From the NCBI GenBank assembly GCA_963814275.1, contig CAWFCE010000002.1:811263-875262 (forward strand): a stretch of DNA of 64,000 bases, read 5' to 3'. Position numbers and translations under genes: made by a program. Each line of letters opens with the position of its first letter. Position 1 is the first letter of the stretch. The DNA comes from Candidatus Parcubacteria bacterium. Its GTDB lineage: Bacteria; Patescibacteriota; Patescibacteriia; Patescibacteriales; UBA12075. Positions 43,377-51,937 of the stretch are shown here, piece by piece. The notes beneath the pieces were generated by a model. That model saw nothing but the letters and a program-made list of their open reading frames with translations, was not told where the DNA came from and searched no databases.

Positions 43377-44288
43377 ATGACAACTAAAAATAATAAGCAA
43401 TTGAACCAGCATGTATTATTGGTAATCCTTGACGGCTGGGGGGTGGCTCCGGCAAGCGATGGTAATGCGATTTCGCAGGCGTCCACGCCATTTTTTGATT
43501 CGTTGATAAAAGATTATCCGGCCACGGTATTGGCCGCCGCTGGTCCCTCCGTCGGTTTGTCTTCAAGAATTACCGGTAATTGCGAAGCCGGACATCAGAT
43601 GATCGGTACCGGCGCGAAAACAAACAGCCGGACCAAGAACTGCCTGGCTTCTGTGTTGGCTCAAAATGGCATAAGCCAATTGCGTATAGCCGATTCGGAG
43701 AAAATCGCCTTGGTGACTTATTTTTTTGATAGCCAGCGTTATCTAAGCGAAAAGTTGATACAGAACTTATTGGTCCCGTCGCTTACCATCGGTGATAATG
43801 CGAACCGGGCGGAAGCCCTGAATGAAGCAGCGGCAAAGATCACTGTCGAGGCAATTGAACGAAACGAACATGGATTGATTGTCGTTAATTTAGGCGGTCC
43901 GGACACAGTCGGCCATAGCGGTGATCTGGCCGCGGTCAAGCGGGTGATAGAAAGCACAGACAGGAAATTGGAACAGATCACTGCGGCCGCGTTAAATCGC
44001 GGTTATTTGGTGCTGGTAACTGCCGACCACGGCTTTGTTGAGCAAACGGTCGATTTGCCAACGGATATTAACAACCGGGAACACACGAAAAATCCGGTGC
44101 CATTGATCATTATCGGAAAACAATTCCTCGGACGATCAGCCGGTTGGATAGACAGCCATGGCAAGGATCTGAGCGCCGTAACGCCCCAGGGCTCGCTTAT
44201 GGATGTTGCCCCGACCATACTTAGCTTATTCAATATAACCCAGCCGGTCGAAATGACCGGACACAATCTGATAGCCGATAAATTATGA
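43377..44288 (+). CDS. iPGM-like metallo-phosphatase-domain protein lacking the phosphotransferase domain, with Cys at the nucleophile position
   Basis: VLLVILDGWG, GNCEAGHQMIGTG (TGC at 43581-43583, where gpmI has Ser), NLGGPDTVGHSG, VTADHG and REHT are retained. Only about 35 aa separate the nucleophile motif from the VTYFF strand, against about 235 aa in gpmI. Confidence 0.75.
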   Translation: MTTKNNKQLNQHVLLVILDGWGVAPASDGNAISQASTPFFDSLIKDYPATVLAAAGPSVGLSSRITGNCEAGHQMIGTGAKTNSRTKNCLASVLAQNGISQLRIADSEKIALVTYFFDSQRYLSEKLIQNLLVPSLTIGDNANRAEALNEAAAKITVEAIERNEHGLIVVNLGGPDTVGHSGDLAAVKRVIESTDRKLEQITAAALNRGYLVLVTADHGFVEQTVDLPTDINNREHTKNPVPLIIIGKQFLGRSAGWIDSHGKDLSAVTPQGSLMDVAPTILSLFNITQPVEMTGHNLIADKL

Positions 44289-47215
44289 GTACTGCGCGCC
44301 AGTTGAATATTGTGTTGGCTTATGCCATATTGTGCGTCTCCTTGATGGCCGGCGGATTTTTATTTTTTAATAAACCAATTTACAGCGCCGAACCGTCATC
44401 GGATGCGATAGCGATCAGGGTCATACCGAACCAGGAGCATTTGAGTGCCCGTTTATGGTACGGCCGGCAGGGATTTACCGGATCTCCGCAGTCATTGACG
44501 GTCGACGGCTATGAGGCGGTACGGGACGGAAGGACAGTGTATGTAAATGTCGGCAATGTCGACGGCAGTAATCTTTGGACCAATATTTATCTGATATCCT
44601 ATAACCAGCAAGCCGAAAAGATCACGAGCGACGTATTCGGCCAACTTTTGAAACATTGGAAATTCAATACTAATCTTAATCTAATGTCCGGTTTTTGCCG
44701 AAAAGACGCTACTATTAGCTGTCAAAAAGACGAATCCTGCCCGATCGGTGATTTTTGCGATAGCCCCAAAGCCAGGGTAATACGAGATACCCGGCGCTTG
44801 TCTGACTTGGCCGATCTACAGTCGCTATTGGATAGCTTCAATGCCCAAAACGGCCATTATCCGATCCTGTCGGCCGGCACCTACCTCGCCAACCGGACGA
44901 TATCCGTCTGGCCTAGTTGGCTGGACGCCTTTCGCAAGGAGTTGGGGACTAACCCGCCGGTGGATCCGGTTAACGCGTTCGAAAAATGTCCTGACGGGTA
45001 CGACGGAGTTACCTGCTGGAACGAAGCGGAAAAACGATTTCCCACAACTTTGCCGAATTTACCGGCCGCCAGCAATGGACTGGTATATATCTATCTATCC
45101 GATCCGACCGGACTGTCGGGAACGGTATGCGGCGTCTTCGAAAGCGGCTATACTATTTCACCCAGTCCGCCCGACTGCGTAGTCAAAATATGCCTTGATT
45201 TCGACCGTGACGGCTACGGCAGCCCCGGTTCGGCTGACTGCCCGAACGGCAGCGCTACCGATTGTAATGACACGGATACAAAGGTGCATGCCGGTAGCGC
45301 GGAAATATGCGATAACCACTTTGATGACGATTGTGACGGCCTGGTCGATTGTTGGGATGATAATTGTTTTGCGAATCCATCGTGTACCGCTTTTGTCTGC
45401 CATCCGGACGGCTGCGGCAATGGTTGCCCCAGCTTTTGTACGAAGAGCCAGGATCTTGATTGCGGGCCGCCGAATTGCGTTCCCGGCAACGGCTGCTGCG
45501 AATTCGGCTGTACCTTCGCCTCCGGCGATACCGATTGTCCGCCCACCTGTTCGCCGAACGGCTGCGGTGGCGGCTGCCCGCCCGGCTGCGGTCCGTCCGA
45601 TGATCCGGACTGTGCCGGCTGCGTAAGCGGCAACAGCTGCTGCACCGCCGGGTGCACCCGGACCTTGGGTGATCTGGACTGTCCGGAAGAGTGCGTAGAC
45701 GCCGATCATGACGGCTATAACGCTTACAACGCGGCGCTTTGCCCTTCGGGGAACGACTGCGATGACGGCAATAATAATATCTATCCCGGACACAGCGAGC
45801 TCTGCGACGGCCTGGATAACGACTGCGATGATACCAATCATAGCGACGGCATAACTCCTTCCTCAATTGACGACGGGCTGTCCGAGGAGCAATGCAGTTT
45901 CGTTTGCGCCGCCCATGGCTATGTATGGACCGGTTTGGGCGACCCGCGGAATTGCTGCGGCAATAACAGCGCTACTCATGAAGGAAATCCATATCAGAAT
46001 CACGAGAATAATCCACCAGGCTTCTGCAGCGATGGCAATGACAATGATTGCGACGGATTGATCGATATCCTTGATTCGGATTGCAGTACTTTGTGCGGTT
46101 CCAGCGGAGAGAACGATTGGTATGTGTTCTCGCAAGGGGATTGCGACCAATGCGACCATGCCGGCGACGACGACGGCGACCAGCCGGGCGATTGGGGCGT
46201 GTATAGCAATAAGATCGATGCCTGCGACAGCGATTGCGGGATAGTTTCCGGCAATACGGTTACATTGAGCAAATTCGAACCGGTGAGCGAGACCAGCTGC
46301 GATGGCCTCGACAACGATTGCGACGGCACGATTGACGAGGGTCTGGCTATTACATATTATCGCGACAGCGATAATGATAACTACGGCGATCCGCTTGACA
46401 GCATCGTTGCCTGCCCTTCATCCCCGCCCAGCGGTTATGTCGCCGATGGCTCCGACTGTGACGACGGCAATAGCAGCGTTCATCCTTGGGCCACGGAAAT
46501 ATGCGAAGACGGTATTGATAACGATTGTGTCGGCGGCGATTATTCGCCCTGTCCGCCGCCTTGCGACGACAGCGACGGTGATGGCTACGGCGTATGTCCG
46601 AAGTGCGGCACGGCAAACTCTTGTACTTATGACGGCGAGGATTGCGACGATACCAGAATTTATGTTCACCCCGGCCTGGAAGAAAGATGTGATGGATTCG
46701 ATAATGATTGCGACGATCCGGACCATAGCGACGGGGTCGATCCGGCGGCAATCGACGAAGGCTGTAATGATGACGGCGACGGCTATTGCGACGAGGATTT
46801 TGTTATGTATAATACCCCGTTAAGCCTGTGCCCGTTGACGGTAACCGCCAACGGCAATTACGGCAATGATTGCCTTGACAATCCTTCAAGCCCCTTTGCC
46901 GCCACCACGTACCCGGGCGCGGTCGAAACCTGTAACGGCAACGATGATGATTGCGATAAAGTCGTTGATGATGGCTTCAGCGCCGAAAATTGCCAGCCCG
47001 TATGCGAATTAGGCGGCTTCATCTGGACCGGCAACGGCGACCCGATCAATTGCTGCGGCAACAATGCCGGCGAGGGGGAATACCCGGAGGCAAGCTGTGA
47101 GGATGGGATCGATAATGACTGCGACGGTAGCACCGACTGCGAGGACAGTCCGGACTGCGACGAAGCCTGCAAGCCGGAATGCACATTTATTTTCGAGTTC
47201 CCGTGTGAATTCTAG
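44285..47215 (+). CDS. Giant secreted/anchored Cys-rich protein with 8 C-[DEN]-G-x-D-[ND]-D-C-D metal-binding-type repeats
   Basis: N-terminal hydrophobic anchor. A ~260-aa module is shared with the next gene. Then CDNHFDDDCDG, CDGLDNDCDD, CSDGNDNDCDG, CDGLDNDCDG, CEDGIDNDCVG, CDGFDNDCDD, CNGNDDDCD and CEDGIDNDCDG follow, several preceded by CDDxxxxxxPG-x-x-E. This is the MopE-like 'putative metal-binding motif'. Confidence 0.85.
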   Translation: MSTARQLNIVLAYAILCVSLMAGGFLFFNKPIYSAEPSSDAIAIRVIPNQEHLSARLWYGRQGFTGSPQSLTVDGYEAVRDGRTVYVNVGNVDGSNLWTNIYLISYNQQAEKITSDVFGQLLKHWKFNTNLNLMSGFCRKDATISCQKDESCPIGDFCDSPKARVIRDTRRLSDLADLQSLLDSFNAQNGHYPILSAGTYLANRTISVWPSWLDAFRKELGTNPPVDPVNAFEKCPDGYDGVTCWNEAEKRFPTTLPNLPAASNGLVYIYLSDPTGLSGTVCGVFESGYTISPSPPDCVVKICLDFDRDGYGSPGSADCPNGSATDCNDTDTKVHAGSAEICDNHFDDDCDGLVDCWDDNCFANPSCTAFVCHPDGCGNGCPSFCTKSQDLDCGPPNCVPGNGCCEFGCTFASGDTDCPPTCSPNGCGGGCPPGCGPSDDPDCAGCVSGNSCCTAGCTRTLGDLDCPEECVDADHDGYNAYNAALCPSGNDCDDGNNNIYPGHSELCDGLDNDCDDTNHSDGITPSSIDDGLSEEQCSFVCAAHGYVWTGLGDPRNCCGNNSATHEGNPYQNHENNPPGFCSDGNDNDCDGLIDILDSDCSTLCGSSGENDWYVFSQGDCDQCDHAGDDDGDQPGDWGVYSNKIDACDSDCGIVSGNTVTLSKFEPVSETSCDGLDNDCDGTIDEGLAITYYRDSDNDNYGDPLDSIVACPSSPPSGYVADGSDCDDGNSSVHPWATEICEDGIDNDCVGGDYSPCPPPCDDSDGDGYGVCPKCGTANSCTYDGEDCDDTRIYVHPGLEERCDGFDNDCDDPDHSDGVDPAAIDEGCNDDGDGYCDEDFVMYNTPLSLCPLTVTANGNYGNDCLDNPSSPFAATTYPGAVETCNGNDDDCDKVVDDGFSAENCQPVCELGGFIWTGNGDPINCCGNNAGEGEYPEASCEDGIDNDCDGSTDCEDSPDCDEACKPECTFIFEFPCEF

Positions 47216-47287
47216 TTAAATATCTTGATGTTTTTATTTTAATTGTACTAAGGTATTTATGTTTAGTCGTAATATTGAACTTTTTAC

Positions 47288-47305
47288 CGCGGATTGTACG
47301 CTGAT
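47288..47305 (+). promoter_or_regulatory. Third copy of the CGCGGATT(T/G)TACGCTGAT motif
   Basis: CGCGGATTGTACGCTGAT lies immediately upstream of the 47308/47341 start codons. It matches 51079-51096 at 17/18 positions. Confidence 0.5.
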
Positions 47306-47307
47306 TT

Positions 47308-50300
47308 ATGTCCCGGAGATGCTTAATCGGACAATATATTATGATAAGTAGCAGAAAAGTAATACAATTAACGAGTTTTATTTTTTCGATTATTTTTGTG
47401 TTTTGGTTGGCAATATTAATCTCTTTTATACCTTCCCGCGCCCAAACCGTCTCCTCCCCGGACGCCATCGCCATCCGTATCATTCCCAACGGCGAACACT
47501 TGAGCCCGGCCCGCTGGTACCGCGAGCAGGGATTTACCGGCTCGCCCCAGTCATTGACGGTCGACGGCTACGATGCCGTCCGCGACGGCCGCACCGTCTA
47601 TGTCAATGCCGCCAATATTGACGATAAGGGCACGGCCAGTCAGGCTGATGACGAGCTTTTTACCAATATCTATCTCATCTCATATAACCAGGATGCCGCC
47701 CGCAATACGGTCGATATTTTCGGCAATATCCTCAAACATTTCAAGCTCAATACCAACCGGACTGTGCCGGACAATTGCAACCTGGCCGTGGAAACGGTCT
47801 GCCTTAAGGATTCCGACTGCCCTCTGGGCGATTATTGCCTGAGCGAGAAGGCCCGGATCATCCGCGATGTCCGCCGCCTGCAGGATATCTCGGATATGGA
47901 CGGTTTACTGGCGGCCTATTACGCGGCCAACGGCCGTTATCCCGATCTGGCCGCCGGCTCTTACCTCACGCACCAATCACTCTCCGTCTGGCCCAGCTGG
48001 CAGAAGCTCCTGGCCCAGTATCTGGGCGGTCATCTGCCTGTCGACCCGATCAACCGGCTGGCCCCTTGTCCTGATAATTTCCATCCCGTTACCTGCTGGG
48101 ACGAGGCAGCCAAGCGGTTCGACGACCAGACGCCCGGTGATATCGATATTACCCTGCGCGCCGGCAGCCGCGTCTACAAGTACACCGGACAGCCCAATGG
48201 CGTAAGCTATGTGATCTGCAGCGTCATGGAGTCAGGCTATGTCAAGGACAGCGGCAGCGGCGCCTGTCCGGAATCGGCCGCTTTCAGCCTGAATAACGAC
48301 GCCGTCAACGAGGACCCGTATTTTGCCAATGTCGGCCTGCCGGTCGGATCTGCCGGCCTGCCCTACGAGGGATCGCTCATGGCCGCTGACCCCAATAACG
48401 ATGAGATCCATTGGGAATACAGCGCCCTGGGTTCCTGGAGCGGCTGGTCGGCCGCTCCGGAAATGCTTGCCACCTTCGACCCGCTCCAGAAGCGGATCAC
48501 TGCCGCGGTGGCCGGCCTGCCCGGCGATTATCAGTTTACTGTCAGCCTGGATGATGGCCGGGGCGGGACTGTCAGCCAGACTTTTACCATTACTGTCACC
48601 AATCTGCACGTGCCGGAATTCGCGCCCGTAGGGGATAAGACCGTGGTCATCGGCAGCGGCCTCAATTTCACGGTCAACGCCACCGAAGCAGACGGCCAAT
48701 ACCCCCTGGAATTCACGTTTTCCGGCGGTCCGGTCGGTTTCAATAATAACGGCGCAATGCTCAATGAACACGATTACGGCGTGGTGAGCGACGCGATCAT
48801 CGATATGACCGGCGTCTATCCCGTGAACATGTCTGTCAGCGACTCGTACGGGGGGAGCGAATCGGACGATTTCAATATCAACGTGGTCAACCACCCGCCG
48901 GTAATTTCGTCGCTGGCCAATCTGTCTATTACCGCCTGTGTGACTGACGTTTCTTATCCGGTTTCGGCCACCGACCCCGACGGCCATGCCGTTACTTACG
49001 CCGCCGCCGGCCTGCCTGCCGGATTGGCGATCGACGGCAATACCGGCCTGATCAGCGGCATTACAGCCGCCTCCGCCGGCTCTTACCCGGTAACAATTAC
49101 GGTCCGTGACCAGTATTTCACCCAGACGACCAATCCCTCCCACGCCCAGGCCAGCGCCTCTTTTACGATTACCGTGACGGACGAGACATTTACCGTCTGG
49201 ATCAATAACACCTACGATTTTTATGCCACCCCGCTCGGCATTAACCCCTTGGATCTGTACCTCCACCCTTTTCCTTATGCCACCCTGGCCGAGACCGACG
49301 CGGCCAATTCCGTTGACTGGGTGATCACCCGGACCTCGGCTCAGCCCCCAATACCTGATCTTTCCGTCCTGATCAATAATGCCGGGGCGATCAACGGTTC
49401 TGCCTTCGACAACAATATACCCGCCGCCGGTTATACTTTTACCATTACCGTAACCGCCACGACCCAGACCTGCCATGTCAGCCGGAGCGCCATGGCCACC
49501 TTGACGGTATATCCCAACCAGTGGTGCGGCGATAATATTATCCAAGCCGCCAAGGAATCGTGTGACGGCAGTAAGATGGGCGGCGGTACTTGCCAGAGCG
49601 AAGGGTTCGACAATGGCACCGTAACCTGCAATAACTGTTCCTACAGCACGGTGGCATGCTGCAATAGCGGCTGCGGCAGCCGAGTCTGCGGCCCTGACCC
49701 GAGTGGCTGTGTCGCCGACTGCGGCAGCTGTACAACGGCCAACACGGCCTGCAATATCGACGGGGAATGCATCTGCGCGATCGGCTATGCCACCTGCAGC
49801 ACGAATCCCTATGATGCCGACGGCTGCGAATGCTATACCGGATCCGGTCTGCACGACTGCGACCTTGGCACGCAAACCTGCTGCGACCGCGTCGACGGCG
49901 GCTGGTCGGTCTGGAGCGGCTGGTCCGACCCGGCCGGCTACAGCGATGGCGCCGGCGGCACCTGTTCCAAAACCTGCGGCGGCGGAATCCAGACCCGCAC
50001 CCAGATCTGCAATAATCCGTCCCCCTACTGCAGCGGCCTGGAATGCCTGGGCTGTGTCGGCGCCGCTTGCCCGGATGTCAATACGCAGGTCCAGGGCTGC
50101 AACACCCAGCCCTGCTGTGTTGACGATTGTAGTACGGGAGATATCAGCTGTTTTGCCGATACAGTACATACTTGTGGTGAAGCCGGGGACGGCGATCCTT
50201 GCCTGGATTGGGTGAATGCTTACCAATGCGGCGGTTCCGGCAGTAATAATTCAATATGCAATGGTACGGGAACGGGATGTCAATGCGAGATTGTAAGCCA

Positions 50301-50445
50301 CAGAAATTGTAACGGAAATTGGGCCGATGGCTGTGAAGCGACTTTAGGTACTTATTCTAATTGTTCTGGCTGTGGTGACGTTTGTGTCCCGCCCGAGAGA
50401 TGTGCAGCGGGTAGATGTTTTGATTGGGGCGGCGGTGATCCTTAG
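47308..50445 (+). CDS. Giant secreted/anchored protein: shared N-terminal module, Ig/cadherin-like (He_PIG-type) repeats, thrombospondin type-1 repeat, Cys-rich tail
   Basis: The N-terminal module is about 55-60% identical by eye to that of 44285 (AIAIR[VI]IPN.EHLS...QGFTGSPQSLTVDGY.AVRDGRTVYVN...TNIYLISYNQ). SATDPDGHAVTYAAAGLPAGLAIDGNTGLISG is a putative-Ig motif. WSVWSGWS...CSKTCGGGIQTRTQIC is a TSP1 motif. An alternative start lies at 47341. Confidence 0.85.
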   Translation: MSRRCLIGQYIMISSRKVIQLTSFIFSIIFVFWLAILISFIPSRAQTVSSPDAIAIRIIPNGEHLSPARWYREQGFTGSPQSLTVDGYDAVRDGRTVYVNAANIDDKGTASQADDELFTNIYLISYNQDAARNTVDIFGNILKHFKLNTNRTVPDNCNLAVETVCLKDSDCPLGDYCLSEKARIIRDVRRLQDISDMDGLLAAYYAANGRYPDLAAGSYLTHQSLSVWPSWQKLLAQYLGGHLPVDPINRLAPCPDNFHPVTCWDEAAKRFDDQTPGDIDITLRAGSRVYKYTGQPNGVSYVICSVMESGYVKDSGSGACPESAAFSLNNDAVNEDPYFANVGLPVGSAGLPYEGSLMAADPNNDEIHWEYSALGSWSGWSAAPEMLATFDPLQKRITAAVAGLPGDYQFTVSLDDGRGGTVSQTFTITVTNLHVPEFAPVGDKTVVIGSGLNFTVNATEADGQYPLEFTFSGGPVGFNNNGAMLNEHDYGVVSDAIIDMTGVYPVNMSVSDSYGGSESDDFNINVVNHPPVISSLANLSITACVTDVSYPVSATDPDGHAVTYAAAGLPAGLAIDGNTGLISGITAASAGSYPVTITVRDQYFTQTTNPSHAQASASFTITVTDETFTVWINNTYDFYATPLGINPLDLYLHPFPYATLAETDAANSVDWVITRTSAQPPIPDLSVLINNAGAINGSAFDNNIPAAGYTFTITVTATTQTCHVSRSAMATLTVYPNQWCGDNIIQAAKESCDGSKMGGGTCQSEGFDNGTVTCNNCSYSTVACCNSGCGSRVCGPDPSGCVADCGSCTTANTACNIDGECICAIGYATCSTNPYDADGCECYTGSGLHDCDLGTQTCCDRVDGGWSVWSGWSDPAGYSDGAGGTCSKTCGGGIQTRTQICNNPSPYCSGLECLGCVGAACPDVNTQVQGCNTQPCCVDDCSTGDISCFADTVHTCGEAGDGDPCLDWVNAYQCGGSGSNNSICNGTGTGCQCEIVSHRNCNGNWADGCEATLGTYSNCSGCGDVCVPPERCAAGRCFDWGGGDP

Positions 50446-50493
50446 TATCTCAATAATTGAGTAGCATACGATATAAATTTGCAGTAATATATT

Positions 50494-50527
50494 AAAAACA
50501 CCGCCTATTGTTATAGGCGGCGTTTTT
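50494..50527. terminator. Bidirectional rho-independent terminator between convergent genes
   Basis: AAAAACA-CCGCCTAT-TGTT-ATAGGCGG-CGTTTTT. The stem is 8 bp, with an A-run upstream and a T-run downstream. Confidence 0.7.
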
Positions 50528-50547
50528 ATGTTATATTTTATTTAAGC

Positions 50548-50979
50548 TTATAGCAGGAAATACCCGGAGAAACTGACGAGCAGACCGATCAGGATGCCCA
50601 CTGCCACCTGGGCCGGTGTGTGGCCGATCTTTTCCAGAAGATGGGGATAATGTTCGTCCAAAACTTTGTCGTCTTTCAGGTCTTTGACCAGGATGTTCAG
50701 TATTTTACCATGCTGGCCGAGATAGCGCCTGATACCGAGCGCATCCCGGATGACGATTACGGCCAGGATCAGGCTAATGGCGAAATCGGGCGATCCCAGT
50801 CCTTCGCTTAACCCGGTAGTTGCCGCCAGGGCGGATACCAGGGCGCTATGGCCCGAGGGCATGCCCGAATACTTGACCAGGTTGCGCCAGCGCCAGCCGG
50901 AGCCATTTGTGTGGAATACCAGTTTGGCCGCTTGGGCGATCAAGCCGGCGAGTAGGGGGAGGAGGATGATTTTATACAT
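50548..50979 (-). CDS. DUF212 / acid-phosphatase-vanadium-haloperoxidase-related membrane protein (YuiD-like)
   Basis: YSGMPSGHSALVSALA matches the GGMPS[SG]HSA motif of this family. The protein is 143 aa and multi-TM. Confidence 0.6.
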   Translation of the reverse strand: MYKIILLPLLAGLIAQAAKLVFHTNGSGWRWRNLVKYSGMPSGHSALVSALAATTGLSEGLGSPDFAISLILAVIVIRDALGIRRYLGQHGKILNILVKDLKDDKVLDEHYPHLLEKIGHTPAQVAVGILIGLLVSFSGYFLL

Positions 50980-51055
50980 ATAAAAATATTAACGCTTATC
51001 CAAATATAAATAATTATACAATAAAATTGTTTTTTCTAAAAATTAAATTTTTATC

Positions 51056-51094
51056 CGCGGATTTTACGCTGGTTGCTACGCGGATTTTACGCTG
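51056..51094 (+). promoter_or_regulatory. Perfect 16-nt direct repeat (CGCGGATTTTACGCTG x2, 23-bp period) upstream of uppP
   Basis: The copies lie at 51056-51071 and 51079-51094. They sit in the divergent intergenic region between the DUF212 gene and uppP, 34 nt upstream of the uppP ATG. Confidence 0.6.
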
Positions 51095-51127
51095 ATAATA
51101 AAGACAATTAATTATAATAAGGAATAT

Positions 51128-51937
51128 ATGATTATATTGAAATCTATACTGTTTGGATTGATCCAGGGCGCGACCGAGTTCCTGCCGGTGTCCAGCTCCG
51201 GACATTTATTGATACTGCATGATTTTCTTTCGTTGCCGGTTGAAAACGATCTGTTGTTCGATGTATTATTGCATTTAGCGACGTTTTTAGCCGCGGCCTG
51301 GTACTTTCGGTCAGACATCACTAAGATCATTCATGCCTTATTCTTCTGGCGGGACAAAAGATATGATGCTGAACGCCGGCTGGGTATTTGGCTGGCTTTA
51401 GCTACTGTTCCGGCGGCAATTGTCGGCTGGCTGGCCGGGGACTTTATTGAGGGTCTGGCCCGCCATATATGGGTGGTGGCGCTGATGCTCGCTATGGTTG
51501 CGCTTATCATGATATTGGCTGAGCGGTTCGGAAAACGGGATAAGGATCCCGAACAATTAAGTGCTGGACAATCGTTCATTATCGGCTGCGCCCAGGCGCT
51601 GGCGCTCATCCCGGGGACTTCCCGTTCAGGCGCGACCATGGTGGCCGGTTTATTCTGCGGACTCAAGCGGGAAGCGGCAGTCCGGTTTTCATTCCTGATG
51701 TCTCTGCCGATAATATTGGGAGCGGCCCTGAAAAGTTTGACCGATCTCAGTCCGGCGGCGGTTAACGGGACAGAAGCGGAGGTTTTTTCGATCGCTTTCG
51801 CGGCGGCCCTGATTTCCGGTTGGCTGGCGATCAAATATCTGCTTGTCTATACGAAAAAATACAGTTTAAAGCCATTCGCGTATTACCGCCTGCTTTTGGC
51901 TGCGGCTTTATTGCTTTATTTATTCTATTCCGCCTAA
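51128..51937 (+). CDS. uppP: Undecaprenyl-diphosphate phosphatase
   Basis: GLIQGATEFLPVSSSGHL and PGTSRSGATM are the canonical BacA/UppP motifs. The protein is 269 aa and polytopic. Confidence 0.92.
   Translation: MIILKSILFGLIQGATEFLPVSSSGHLLILHDFLSLPVENDLLFDVLLHLATFLAAAWYFRSDITKIIHALFFWRDKRYDAERRLGIWLALATVPAAIVGWLAGDFIEGLARHIWVVALMLAMVALIMILAERFGKRDKDPEQLSAGQSFIIGCAQALALIPGTSRSGATMVAGLFCGLKREAAVRFSFLMSLPIILGAALKSLTDLSPAAVNGTEAEVFSIAFAAALISGWLAIKYLLVYTKKYSLKPFAYYRLLLAAALLLYLFYSA

Noticed and set aside
45158-46751. Several 100-230-aa ORFs on both strands inside the 44285-47215 gene (for example 45158-45841, 45255-45866 and 46302-46823)
   Set aside because: They overlap the Cys-repeat gene in alternative or antisense frames. 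Their translations are Arg/Ala/Thr-rich low-complexity sequence. They are artefacts of GC-rich repetitive coding sequence.
48232-50226. 664-aa minus-strand ORF, the second-longest ORF on the minus strand in this window
   Set aside because: It lies fully antisense to the well-supported 47308-50445 gene, which has signal, Ig-like and TSR motifs. Its translation is low-complexity Ala/Gly/Arg-rich, as expected for stop-poor antisense frames in GC-rich DNA.
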